From: Eledone cirrhosa
Lineage: Eukaryota
Length of the DNA stretch: 64,000 nucleotides
Direction: 5' to 3'
Assembly (NCBI GenBank): GCA_964016885.1
Contig: OZ024743.1
Location: forward strand, 147,498,001 to 147,562,000
The stretch's first letter is position 1. Each line of letters begins with the position of its first letter. Of this stretch, positions 42,261 through 55,464 are shown piece by piece. Made by a program: the position numbers and the translations under genes. The notes beneath the pieces were generated by a model, which saw nothing but the letters and a program-made list of their open reading frames with translations, did no database searches and had not been told where the DNA came from.

Positions 42261-43905
42261 TTATAGTCCTTTTTCTACTTTCCTATACAGCCACATCTTT
42301 CCTTCTTTACCATTTACACTTTTATTTTTTCATTATTTAGTTTTGTTTTATATATTTCTATATATTCCTATCATTGTATAACTTCTATTTGTAAACTATA
42401 GTTGACTTAATACGTTTATGTATAACAGATAACATATATAAAAGAAAGGCATAAAAATGAAAGAAAAAAGTTAAACTGTCAATAATATTGTTATCATAAA
42501 CATTAGAGTGTCGGGCAAAATATATTGCGACATTTCTTCCACTATTTTACGTTCGGATTTCAAATTCTGCTGGAGTCAAATATATTTGTCACTTTTAGCT
42601 GGTGTATAAAGTGAAGTGTCAATCAAGTGTTATGCCTATGCATCTAAAGCATCGTGCCTCAAATTGCTTTGAATTCTTATTTGTATTGTAAATGAACTTG
42701 GTGAACTAGATGTATATTATGCTACATAATATCGTTAAGGTACATGGGGGAGGGGATTTCATTGTATAAGGCGTTCACTTTAGAGTCAGGTTCAGTCCCA
42801 TTGCGTGGCACTTTGCATAATGTCTTCTTCTATAACCTCGTGTAGAATATTATATCATGGGAAAGGGGAAGAAAACATTAGGTTATATATTCCTATTTAC
42901 TACTATAGCTTAGTTGACTTAGCGGTGGATGATAATGATAACTATGAAATCTTGGCAGTTCTGTCCTGAGGACGTTAAATGTCTACAGCATGATATGAAC
43001 GTCTTAAACTCACAGCCATTGCTATAATTAATGTGAATCATTTTGTTAGAAATTGAAAATATATTTAATTATTTACCTTTTGCAGTTTTAGTTATATTTT
43101 AGTTATGTTTTCGGTAAAGATATAATGCAACCTATTCAAATAAAATCTGATGATGATCAGATGTGATTTTTCTTGTTGTTTACTTTATTGCTTGCTATCG
43201 TATTTCATCTCATAGACAATTTTCTCATCAATTGGAAATTCAAGAAAATAACTTAAATCTGAAAAAAAAAAAAATCAATAAAAAAACCAACACGCTCAAA
43301 GAAAAAGAAAAAAAAAGAAAGATCAGAGGGGGGGCTGAGAAACGAAAGCAAGAAATAACGAAAAATAGATGGGAAACATAATTTGCTAGCAACAAGTAAG
43401 AGCACAACAATAAGAAGAGTATGAAAGCATAATTGTGAAGATTCCTCAGCATGTTGTTACTTTAGCAAAACAGGTGTCCAAATGTGGTGATAGAGTTTAG
43501 ATTAACAAAGTTATGATCAGTCAATCAAACAGCAAATGTTAGAAATAAACAAGGGATTATATAAACAAATACAGAAAACATAAATATAAATGAATATTAA
43601 ACATGTAAAAGGGAAAAATATACAAAAAAGAAAAGAAAAATAATAATCTTGAGAAAGAAGATGAAAAGAATATAAAATAAATTCGGAAAATGAAAAATAT
43701 TAATTAAACTTTTCGAAATTGTTTACATCTAGATACATTTTTAATTGTAATTATTTTAATGGAATATCTATTATCTGCTTAGTTCGTTTTTCCCTCTTCC
43801 AACTACACTGCGATCCCCTTTATTTAGTTCACTCGTGGTTCTCCTTTCATTTCCTCACTTTCTTCCACTCCTTTCATCGCCCCAACAACTATCACCACCG
43901 CTATT

Positions 43906-43938
<33 letters not shown>

Positions 43939-44585
43939 GCCAACAACATCACCACCATCAACATCATCATCATCATTATCATTGCATATCTCAAAACTAA
44001 AATATTTACAGAGATTATGATGTAGATGGTCATCATCGTCGTCGTTACAATCAACACCACACCGCCACTATTATCCCCCTCATCATCATCATCATAATCA
44101 TCATCATCATCATCATCATCATCGGCATCATCATATTCACAACCAACACAAGCGAAATGAAACTGTATGATGCAAAACATATTCGATATTCCCAAACAGT
44201 TTTGTATTAAAGCTGTAAAGACATCTGGTGTAAGAGCTGCCTCAGGTGAAAAATTATTTAATTAAACAAGTTTGCTACCTAAGTAGATCTAGTGAATTTA
44301 AATACACTAATTATAATACATATGGCATGATTTCTCGTACCTATATATCTACATCACCATATATCACCTATTGCAAAAAAAAAAAGAAAAGAAAAAAAAC
44401 CTAGAAAACTATATCTATCGAATCCCTCAACTTTCAATATAGAATATATACACATTTGCCAACATTTTCTAAATAATACCTAACGTAATGTAATAATTTG
44501 GAGATTTATCCTTTATTAGGAATATCGGAATAAATCTCTCCTCTGGTTCAACTGAAAAGTTTTTTACACGATGTTATTAAACACG

Positions 44586-44642
<57 letters not shown>

Positions 44643-44903
44643 TAAAATAACAGATTAAAGTTTAAGCAAAGAATCGAGCCCTCTTTGGATTTTAGTCTTC
44701 AAATTTATTATTATGACTATATATATATATATATTGGTAAAAGGAAAAGAAAATGCTGACAAATTGTTCCCAGTGAAAAATAGTTTAATTAGGAATAAGC
44801 AAAAATTAGTAATAAGTATTGGTTAGTATTCAGTTTTAGTTTTAAGTTTTTACCGGTTGCGCATTTCTAATGCTTTTCAAAAATAATTTTGAAATAGAGC
44901 GCC

Positions 44904-44943
<40 letters not shown>

Positions 44944-44945
<2 letters not shown>

Positions 44946-45390
44946 TAGACCTGAAAAATGCGCAAGCTCAAAAGAGCCACCTGAATGTTATAATAAACCT
45001 TCAAAAGTGTGGGACTAGAGTTGTTGCTCAAACATATTGTAATCTTTATCTATCATACACTCTGTGGCATCCTTTTTTTAAAAAAAAGAGACTCATAACG
45101 AACTCAAGACGTCACGATAATTATTTAATCTAATGTTCAATATCTCATATGTTTCGTAATGATAAATACGAAATGCAGTTAAACCGAATTCTATATTATA
45201 AATTCACTTAAATAATTATCGTGTCGTCTTGAGTTCGTTATCAGTCACCTTTTTTTATAACAGGATGTCACAGAGTGTACGATAGATAATGATTACAATA
45301 TGTTTGAGCAACAACTCTAGTCCCACGCTTTTGAAGGTTTATTATAACATTCTGTAGCTCTTTTGAGCTTGCGCATTTTTCAGGTCTAGT
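44944..45390. repeat. ~185 bp-arm inverted repeat with ~80 bp spacer, abutting (TA)n
   Basis: ACTAGACCTGAAAAATGCGCAAGCTC... pairs with ...GAGCTTGCGCATTTTTCAGGTCTAGT. Confidence 0.93.
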
Positions 45391-45909
45391 TTAATATTTT
45401 TTTAAAGCAACGCTTGTAATAACTGTAGTTAAACATGATATATATTAATAATAAATAATCGTTGTAATGTAATTAGATTATATAATTGTTATTTTATAAA
45501 TGATCTTATAAATATTATTGTAAGATGTATAAAAATATTTTCAGACTTTTAATAGTTAATATAAATTAAAATAATCATATCTAAATTAACAATATAACCT
45601 ACCAAAACGAGAAAAATATTTTGATGATAAAACGACGAAATACAGGAGGAAGATTAGAAGGCGAAAAGATAAATAAACTTTCAAACAAATTGGCGGATGC
45701 TTTTGACCAGCAATTACTCTCATTGGTTGAGTAGCCAATAAGACGATGAAATTAGCCAATAAGATGATACATTACAAAAGATGTTTGGGAGGTATCACCA
45801 CGGCCAGCGATACCCCTTGAGATTTTTATTCACAAGCTACGCATGTATGTCAGTCAGATCAGATCAGACACGCCAGCTTAAAATATTCTGTTGTTAATCA
45901 CTGCGTCCC

Positions 45910-46002
<93 letters not shown>

Positions 46003-46005
46003 TAT

Positions 46006-46047
<42 letters not shown>

Positions 46048-46239
46048 CTTGAAGGGGACAACAAAAAGAGGTACGAAAGTCTTATGAGTTTCACGCTTTA
46101 CATATATATGTGTATATATATTGTTTATATATTTGCGGAAAAAGTGCAACCCTTTTCTTTCAAACATGTACAAATATGTGAGTTTAGAGTTTAATAGATT
46201 TTAATATGGACTTCTCACTATCCCCAGTTAGACTGTTAA

Positions 46240-46305
<66 letters not shown>

Positions 46306-46309
46306 CCCC

Positions 46310-46359
<50 letters not shown>

Positions 46360-46465
46360 TATACATATGTGTGTGTGTATATATGTGTATGTGTGTGTGT
46401 GTGTGGGGTATTTATTTTTATATACACAGTCGTCATATATATATGTATATATATATATGTATATA

Positions 46466-46534
<69 letters not shown>

Positions 46535-46623
46535 GTATATGTATATATATATGTATATACATATATATATATATACATATATATATGTATATATATGTAT
46601 ATATATGTATATATATATATATG

Positions 46624-46696
<73 letters not shown>

Positions 46697-46821
46697 GTGT
46701 GCATGTGTGCGCGCGCATTTATTTATGTTTGCTCTACGGTTCTTATATATCTGATATATATTTATCCTTATCGAACCTTCTTTAGATTTTAGTCTTCAAA
46801 TTAATTATTATTACTACATAA

Positions 46822-46880
<59 letters not shown>

Positions 46881-47188
46881 CTGAGTTTTTCGAATATTAA
46901 TAATTGTTTCTGCTTTAGGCAAAGGATGAAAGGCAAAGTTAACCTCGGCGGGATTTGAACTCAGATCGAACATTAATAATAACATTCGATTCGTTTGCAA
47001 TCATGCAAACAAGTCGCATTTTTAATATATTTATATATATATATAAATATTAAGTTGTTAAACAATATTCGATGATTATGTCAAAGAATGAGTTTTACAG
47101 TAGATTGGAAGCACTTAACGAAAAATAATTTTCAGGAGTTATTAATATTAAAATATAAGCATTAATAAAATAGATGTTCTTTTGATCA

Positions 47189-47251
47189 ATTACATTTTAT
47201 TATACATATTTCGGATGTACAACAGTACGTCCTCATCAGACAACATATAAT
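47189..47251 (-). ncRNA. Type I hammerhead ribozyme
   Basis: Minus strand: ATTATATGTTGT-CTGATGA-GGACGTAC-tgtt-GTACATCC-GAAA-TATGTA-TA^ATAAAATGTAAT. Confidence 0.88.
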
Positions 47252-47330
47252 GATACGTGACATACCCTGAGATGTTAAATGGTTAAGATTAAATCTTAAC
47301 CATTTAACATCTCAGGGTATGTCACGCATC

Positions 47331-47393
47331 ATTATATGTTGTCTGATGAGGACGTACTGTTGTACATCCGAAACATGTATAATAAAATGTAAT
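47331..47393 (+). ncRNA. Type I hammerhead ribozyme (one stem III mismatch)
   Basis: Mirror copy with GAAA-CATGTA-TA. Confidence 0.82.
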
Positions 47394-47428
47394 TGATCAA
47401 AAGAACATCTATTTTATTAATACTTATA

Positions 47429-47519
<91 letters not shown>

Positions 47520-48059
47520 TACATATATATATATACATGTATGTATGTATTGATAGATGTAAGGATATTCAATGAGTAACAGAGAGAGTGACACTGCCTG
47601 ATAGACAGACATGGATTTAGAACAATGGCAAATGACAACATTTAAATACCAACAGTTATTCCTGCAAATTTATATACCATTGTTAATTTGTATGGAGTGT
47701 ATGTTCCTATGAAGTACAGACATGAATAAACAATAAAAATCTAGATCATTGTAATTTAGATGATGATGGTAATGATACTTTATATTGTTGTTGTTGATGC
47801 TGCTGTCATTATTGTTTTAGTAATTGTGTTAGTAGAGTGATAGAGCAATGTATATTTGTTTTTATGAATTTGGTAACAATGGTTTCATTTAATGGCCACA
47901 AGGGCCGAGATATAGAGGACAATACAAAATATAGAGATAGTGGGAGTTTTGTATAAACACGTGTAAAATATATAAATAGCAATAACAAAAGAACAAGAAA
48001 AATACAACAATGAAAATACCCCAATTGGGGAATAACCACCCAAAGTTGACTCAGGTACC

Positions 48060-48800
48060 TCACCAACTCTGAATCACGTGACGCTTGGAGGAGAGCCGGG
48101 AAGGGTACTCCTCACCTCCTCAAATTAGCCAGCCTACAGGTGCATGGTCAGAATAGGCCCATTCAAAACAGGTCCGAAGCCGGCTACGTGAGGATTGCCT
48201 CAGGTAGGGATGGTTGATCCTATCGAAAGCTTTCGATTGATCTCAATGGTTCCTTAGCCACTCTCCCTATGATGGACCACATGAAATTGAAGTGGTCTTT
48301 AATAGATCTATACGAAATGGTGCATCATTCTGTCTCCCCTAACTGACCACCGACGATAAGCGCACACCACGTCGTAAACACATAGTTCAAAATTTTAAAC
48401 TGCGTTTAGTAGAGTTATAGGCCTGAAATTATCTACCATTTTACTGCCAGTTGGCGAAGTCCTCCGCACATGTCTGGCGTGTTTGTGTAAAGCTCGTAGG
48501 GCGAACCATCAAAACGAGGTAATTTGCCTCTCGTGCAGCTAGCCATTGCGTCCCATATTTCATTGGCTGAAAAACTGCACGCTTCTCTTTGGGATCGAGT
48601 ATCATGTGCCCTTCATTGTTCGTTAAAGACTGGATAGTGGCATTGATGACACGATTCACCTTTGCCACGTGGGCTCATTGAAGGGCTTTCAGTCCCTCAG
48701 AACTAAGAGCACGTGCGCTATCTCTGCCAACGAAGCCGTCGAGTTACGGTTGAAAAATTGGTCCAGGACCATCTCATTGCATGCACGTCGGCTGTCATGC
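48060..48800 (-). mobile_element. L1/Tx1-type LINE ORF2 fragment (linker and N-terminal RT)
   Basis: Minus translation NATIQSLTNNEG, DNFRPITLLNA and DQSKAFDRINHPYL. Confidence 0.85.
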
Positions 48801-48834
48801 ATTTACAACAACAACAACAACAACAACAACAAAA

Positions 48835-48881
<47 letters not shown>

Positions 48882-48928
48882 CACTGATGCTGCTGCTGCT
48901 GCTGCTACTACTACTATACTACTAAAAA

Positions 48929-49320
48929 TAATTGTTTCTACTTTAGGCACAAGGCCACCAATAACCCAGTACATTACTGGTACTTTATTTCATCGACCCC
49001 GTAAGGATGAAAGGCAAAGTTAACCTCGGCGGGATTTGAACGCAGGCTGTAAAGGGACGTAACTATGCTAGAAAACATGGCGTCCAATGCTCTACCGATA
49101 CTACTAAAAATAATATTAATGATTTCTTTTTTAGGCACAAGGCCAGCAATTTTGGGGAGGGGAAATCGATTAAATCGATCCCAGTGCACGAGTGGTATTA
49201 TATTTTATCCATCCCGTAAGGATGAAAGGTAAAGCTAACCTCGGCGCCTCGGTGAGATTTGAACTCAGAACGTAACGGGCGTAGCTCTATGACGTGAAGC
49301 AGAGTGTCCGACTGCTTTGA
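48929..49320 (-). mobile_element. Two adjacent tRNA-derived SINEs (48929-49104, 49120-49320)
   Basis: Family matches; the second is a longer, older variant. Confidence 0.85.
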
Positions 49321-49329
49321 CCTCCCACA

Positions 49330-49910
49330 AATCTCGGAGGGCCAGAAAAATGAGTACGGCTCCGTCCTCCAACTAATCTCGTCAGCCCAGAAAAGTGTCA
49401 TGAACGCTTCCCCATCTTCCCATATGTCTCGGGATTCCAGAAAAATGTCAAGAATACTGCTCCCTCGCTTACTGGGGCGCCACCTACTGCGACACGTTCT
49501 CCGCCTCCAACTCAGACACAAACCCCGGCATCGCAGCTCTCCTCGCAGAAGAACGTAAAATAGACAAATACCATGGTGTGTCCGCCCGCTTCCTCTTCAC
49601 ACCGGTCGCCTTCAAGAGCTCAGGCCTACTTCGACCCCGTACTGCACAGCTCCTCCACAAGATCATCGGAGCGTCGACGGCCCGTCTGAGGAGGGAGCCC
49701 CACGAGGCTAGGTGGTTGTTGCAGCGGGTGTCACTGGCCATCGGTCGGGGGAATGCTTTTGCCGTCTTGTCAGCGGGACGCAGCACTTCCCCCTCCTCTC
49801 TCTTCTACGACACAAGAGCTCTTGCCATCTCCTCCCCCTTCTCGTTTTTTCTTCTTTCTTTCTCTCTTTTTTTTCTTTATGTCCCTATTCTTTCTTTCCT
49901 TTTCTTACTA
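49330..49910 (+). mobile_element. CRE-type non-LTR retrotransposon 3' fragment (restriction-like endonuclease C-terminus)
   Basis: WGATYCDTF, KIDKY..FLFTPVAFKSSG and EARWLLQRVSLAIGRGNAFAVL, typical of RLE-type CRE elements. Confidence 0.8.
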
Positions 49911-49943
49911 GAGTAATATTCTGGTCACAATCTTTGAATAATA

Positions 49944-50337
49944 ATAATTGTTTCTACGTTTGGCACAAGGCCAACAATTACCCAGTGCATTACTGGTACT
50001 TTATTTGATCGACCCCGTAAGGATGAAAGTTAACCTCAGCGGGATTTGAACTCAGATCATAAAGGGAGGTAACTCTATGCTTCAAAGCATGGCGTCCGAC
50101 CCTCTACCGATACTACCAATCCGCCACCCTACGGTGGATTGGCACATAATAATTGTTTCTACGTTAGGCACAAGGCCAGCAAATACCCAGTGTATTACTG
50201 GTACTTTATTTTATCGACTCCGTAAGGATGAAAGGCAAAGTTAACCTTGGCGGGATTTGAACTCAGAATGGCAAGGGCCGTAACTCTATATGTCAAAGCA
50301 TGGCGTCCGACCCTCTACCAATACTGCCAATCCACCG
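49944..50337 (-). mobile_element. Two adjacent tRNA-derived SINEs (49944-50129, 50150-50337)
   Basis: Family matches; CGGTGGATTGGCACATAATAAT duplicated around the second. Confidence 0.9.
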
Positions 50338-50412
50338 GTGGATTGGCACATAATAATGACGGTTGAATAATAATAATGATGATTGCGATGTTAAGTATAA
50401 TGATGATGATGT

Positions 50413-50466
<54 letters not shown>

Positions 50467-51052
50467 CGATGACAATAATTCTATTAGTGAAATCCAGTAG
50501 CTATACAACAAATAACAAAACACACGGACAGCAGAAAAACCTAACACAAACCCTACTAACAAACAACACATCTCCGTCTTTGACAGTATATAGAAAGGGA
50601 AGGATTCTTTCGTGTCTTGAAGAAATCTATGAAACATTTAAATTCTTTTCAAGTGATTATCAGTAATTCTTTTGTATATCGTTCTTGTTTCCTGATTCAG
50701 TACTAACAGGAATATAGAATCAAAATAGTTGACAACCCTATCGCAACATCTTGTTCATTTGTGTGTTTTTTTAAACAAAATTAGATTTAATGTTCTTCAT
50801 GAAATCGTTACCTTTGCTGTTGTTGTTACGTTCGTTATCCTTGTATCTATGTCTGTGTACATAAGCGAGTGCACAATATGACTATGTAGCAGTGTGTATA
50901 TATGCAGGTGTGTGTGAACGTGAATAAAAATATGTGATTCTCATTGTCATTTTTTTCATCTGTATAGTAAAATATCGTGTCGATATCCCATACGCACACA
51001 CAAGCACGCGCGCACACACACACACGCGCACACGCACACACACATATATATA

Positions 51053-51097
<45 letters not shown>

Positions 51098-51101
<4 letters not shown>

Positions 51102-51289
51102 AACCAGTAAGACCCCGACAGCTGAGCTCAAGCCGTTTCGACGGCTAATTCTGGACGCATTAGCCGTCGAAACGGCTTGAGCTCAGCTGTCGGGGTCTTA
51201 CTGGTTCCTATTACCCACTCTACTACCTCAAGTATTGAGTACTTTGGTGCGTTATGGTCCACCTGGTTCCTTACCACATTTCCTTCGTT
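51098..51289 (+). mobile_element. Family H element: near-perfect ~52 bp-stem hairpin head (two HHR 3' halves) plus ~80 bp body, in (TA)n
   Basis: TAGGAACCAGTAAGACCCCGACAGCTGAGCTCAAGCCGTTTCGACGGCTAAT-tctggacgc-ATTAGCCGTCGAAACGGCTTGAGCTCAGCTGTCGGGGTCTTACTGGTTCCTA. Confidence 0.9.
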
Positions 51290-51310
51290 ATATATATATA
51301 TATATATATA

Positions 51311-51969
51311 CTAGCCGAATTACCCGCACCTTGCTGCGCTTCATACATTGCTTTTGTAAGAAAATGATGATTGATTTTAAATCAGTGATATAATTTATGG
51401 AGAAAAACTCTGCATTTCAATATTACTCAATGTAAAATTAAATGCCTGAAAAATTGGAAAACCTTATTTTTTGTAATATATCAAATCAAAATTACATTAT
51501 TAAATCTTATTCTTATTTTGTTTCTTGTAAATAATTTTTTTACAAATTTCAATTCAAAACTTTTGTGAATAGGCATCATATCTTGTCATTTACCTATGTC
51601 TTAAATTTCATATAAATCGAGGGGAAAAAATTTTCAGCAGGGTTTGTACCCCCGGAGGAACCCTACTAGGGGGTTTAACACCCATTAGGGTTTCTCAATA
51701 TTATTGACATTTGCTGGCATTTTGGGTATAGGCTTCATATCTTGTTATTTACCTATGGTTTAAATTTCACATACATCGAAGGGACAACATTTTCAGCGTG
51801 GGGTCTTCGCGGAGGTTTGTGCCCCCGGGAAACCCTTTTTTAAAATGAAATATACTTACCCAAATACTCTGGGCAATGTAGTTTCAGAATATATGTGGTT
51901 ATGGGGGTCGATCTCCAAAACCATAGGAGTTCGTGAACAAACAAACAAACAGACAGGAACTACAACTTA

Positions 51970-51975
<6 letters not shown>
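51311..51975 (-). mobile_element. Non-autonomous Helitron (same family as 37180)
   Basis: CTAGCCGAATTACCCGCACC... start and AACAAACAGACAGGAACTACAAC end match 37180-38212. Confidence 0.88.
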
Positions 51976-52053
<78 letters not shown>

Positions 52054-52179
52054 GTATATATATATATAGTAATAATAATAAATTTGAAGACTAAAATCCA
52101 AAGAAGGATCGATAAGGATAAATATATATCAAATATATAAGAACCCTAAAGCAAATATTTATCAAAATAACAGACTAAA

Positions 52180-52228
52180 GTTTAAGCAAAGAATTGCTGT
52201 TTTCACCCTTATCGGGATCTTCTGAAAC
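52180..52228 (-). ncRNA. Hammerhead-like motif, U4A variant
   Basis: Minus strand: GTTT-CAGAAGA-TCCCgataaGGGT-GAAA-ACAGcaattctTTGC-TT^AAAC. Confidence 0.62.
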
Positions 52229-52917
52229 TAAAAAAATCAATCTGTGAATGCAGAAGTAAATATTTCGAAAAACGTTGTAGCCGAAGGAAAATGTATGTGT
52301 GTTGTGGCTTAGTGTATTAGTGTGTGCCGTTACTTGTATGTGTGTGTGTGTGGATGGTTAGGGTTGGAAATTCGATGGACAAGATAAGAGCGTGTAGTCA
52401 AATCCAAGGTTAAAGGCGAATCATAGGAAGAGGAAGTGAAATAGAAGGATGGCGCGCTCAACCGGAAGGAGTGGTCAGTTGAAAGAGTGGAAGAAGTTAG
52501 TGATAACAGGAGTAGTGTGAGAAAGAGGTGATTGAGGCTTCTATATGTATGTGATGGAGGACGTGTATGTGTGGAGGATTTAGCGGTGGTCTGTACAGGC
52601 AGGTGTGTGTGAGTGGATAAAACTGTGAGTTGCGTGTATATATATATATATGTATGTGTTTACAGAGGTATGTGTTTGTGTGTGTATATAACCCAATGGT
52701 TTTATGGGTAGATATTGTCGGTGTGTGTCGGAAAGACCATCTCTCTCGCTGTTTACATATATACATAAGCGTATGTACGCCTATACTCTGGGTGTATGTG
52801 TGTTTGAGGGTATAAGTGCATATATGCTTTTGTGTAGTGTACGAATAAAATGAACTTAACCAAGTGTGTGGTAGGATACGTGGCGGGTGGGTAAGAGACG
52901 TGGAAATTATTAGGAAG

Positions 52918-52956
52918 CTGATGATTTCTCCCGAATGAAACAGTTCTATTCCTGTA
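52918..52956 (+). ncRNA. Hammerhead core lacking a pairing 5' stem I strand
   Basis: CTGATGA-TTTCtcccGAAT-GAAA-CAGttctattcCTG-TA^; downstream tail shared with short (TA)n-flanked pieces at 12014-12058 and 55386-55447. Confidence 0.65.
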
Positions 52957-53120
52957 GAGGCCATTTCTATATTAAATAGTTATACTCTGCTATGTATTGA
53001 CTACCTTACTGTGGTTACCCCCCGATTGAACCCGAGATAAACACACACATATACACACACACACATATATATATATATATAAATATATATACATATACAT
53101 ATATATATAAATATATATAC

Positions 53121-53157
<37 letters not shown>

Positions 53158-53166
53158 CATATATAA

Positions 53167-53260
<94 letters not shown>

Positions 53261-54055
53261 GGAAAGTTATATTTAAATTGTTGGGTTACAACTAGTAAAT
53301 ATTTATAATTCGTATATAATATCGTATATATATATATATATATATACATACATACATACTTACAAACATAACTGAAAATATTCTATGATCTTTCAAATCT
53401 GTATTCCGGTGGCCGTTACAAATAAAATTAATTGATTTTAATTTTCTTGTTATTTAGAATAATAGATTTATGTAAATCATGCAAACATGACCATCTTGTA
53501 ATTTTTTTTACATTCAGATACCCAGGAGGAATATATTGTCCTTTCCTTTTTAAGCTAGAAGTTGAGGGAGATTTGTCTGCTATTTCTAGGATCTCCTTCA
53601 ACCAAAATCGCCTGATCAAGATTTTATTCTGCGAAGAGAATTTCTAAAGGATTCACCTATTCTTGAAATGGGGCAAATAAAATATAGTATCTTCATTAGA
53701 AATGCAAGAAAATATCCGCAGAATATATGAAGATTAATATATTAAGATTTGCATATCTACGTAGCTATTTCCCCTCAGCATTAATGGTCTAAATATTTCA
53801 TAAATTTACTAATTGTATAGAGAGTTTAAATTACCACGCGAAGAGGTTAAAGTAGGTTAAATACATACTTTAATGTTACCAAGATGGATCATTTAAATTT
53901 GTACTGACATGCTTGAATTACAGAAAAGTCAGAAATCAAATATAAAATGATTTATATTGCAAATTACGAGATGGGAATTTGATACGTTTCAATCACTAAT
54001 AAACACTTGCACATACAAAAACCGCAATCTCTCTCACTCACTCTCTCTCTCTCTC

Positions 54056-54147
<92 letters not shown>

Positions 54148-54413
54148 CACACAAACATAGAGACACATACACTCACACACACATACGCACATGCACACAC
54201 ATATATATATATATGTATCTATAAGATAGAGACAGATATTCTAATAACTGTGAGGTTATTTCACTTACCCGGGGGCCAATGCTCTTTCTGTTTCAATGCG
54301 CTTTCAAATTAACTAAAGGGTAAGATCACAATCGACATGTCATGTTCTACGTGATTCATAAAAGGGGGTAATGCATGTGCCGTCCAAAACAAAATCCGTC
54401 CGGAGTACTTATA

Positions 54414-54572
54414 GTGTTTCGACGGCTATTTCTGTCCAGAAATAGCCGTCGAAACGGCTTCAGCTCTGCCGTCGGGGTCTTGAACATTTTCCTATTACCC
54501 AAACTACTAACCTAAGTATTGAGTACTCTGGTGCCTTATCGTCCATCTGGCTCCTTACAAGACTTCTTCGTT
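54414..54572 (+). mobile_element. Family H element with short hairpin head
   Basis: GTTTCGACGGCTATTTCTG-tc-CAGAAATAGCCGTCGAAAC then GGCTTCAGCTCTGCCGTCGGGGTC. Confidence 0.85.
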
Positions 54573-54692
54573 ATATAAATATATATATATTTATAGTGGT
54601 GGAACACTGAAAGGTAGTATCCGTAGTGGTAGAGCACTCAGTCCATGGGACGAGTTAGGTAGAAGTGGTTACACAACAGTTAGTTTACCATA

Positions 54693-54732
54693 CCGAGAAC
54701 AATTGTTTCACCTTGGCGGATCCTCAGCTGGG
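54693..54732 (-). ncRNA. Type I hammerhead ribozyme, sense to the PLE ORF
   Basis: Mirror of 55296 with one stem I mismatch. Confidence 0.85.
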
Positions 54733-55295
54733 AATGGGTATTGTTATAGGAACAGTAAGGACAACCGTACGAACGCGCATGCGCAGAAACCCGGTCACTT
54801 CACACAGGCAATACTAGATTGCGTGGGAGAGGTGTAAGGGAGATAACTGCGAAAGTCCGAAAAGTTTTCAGGTTGAAAATAAAATTACAAAGAATCAGTC
54901 CGGAGCCTTGTAGTTATCCAATAGGTGTTTGGCGACGTGTGGACAACGTGTGAAAAATTCATTTCTCGTGTTTAGGCAATCACTATTGAGTAATCTCTTT
55001 TGAATAGTTATTCGTTCGCCAATACATAAACCACACGTCAGAATTCCCCTTGTGTATGGCTTGGACCTAGTGATGTCTTTCCATTCCACACATCGCCAAA
55101 CACCTAGTGCATAACTACAAGGCTCCGGACTGATTCTTTGTAATTTTATTTTCAACCTAAAAACTCTTCGGACTTTCGCAGTTATCTCTCTTACACCTCT
55201 CGCACGCAGTCTAGTATTGCCTGTGTGAAGTGACCGGGTTTCTGCGCATGCGCGTTCGTACGGTTGTCCTTCCTGTTCCTATAACCATGCCCATT

Positions 55296-55335
55296 CCGAG
55301 CTGAGGATCCGCTAAGGTGAAACAATTGTTCTCGG
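55296..55335 (+). ncRNA. Type I hammerhead ribozyme
   Basis: CCGAG-CTGAGGA-TCCgctaaGGT-GAAA-CAATTG-TT^CTCGG. Confidence 0.92.
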
Positions 55336-55464
55336 TATGGTGAACTAACTGTTGTGTAACCACTTCTATATATATATATATATAAGTTATTCCGGGTTTA
55401 CTCAGGGGTAACCTCAGTAAGTAAGGTACTCAATACATAGCAGAGTGTATATATATATATATAT

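Larger units (their letters stand above)
47145..47437. repeat. ~145 bp-arm palindrome with an HHR in each arm
   Basis: Centre GGTTAAGATT-A-AATCTTAACC at 47291. Confidence 0.96.
54660..55368 (-). mobile_element. 5'-truncated Penelope-like element: endonuclease C-terminus, 3' UTR with HHR, and inverted copy (~280 bp arms)
   Basis: Minus ORF end WKDITRSKPYTRGILTCGLCIGERITI...LNTRNEFFTRCPHVAKHLL matches the CxLCxxE...LNxRxE...CxH terminus seen in some PLE GIY-YIG proteins; arms 54660-54942 and 55085-55368. Confidence 0.88.

Noticed and set aside
44850-44908. Minus-strand TTGAAAA-GCATTA-GAAA-TGCGCA resembling a variant HHR
   Set aside because: U16.1 is missing, and stems I and II do not pair.
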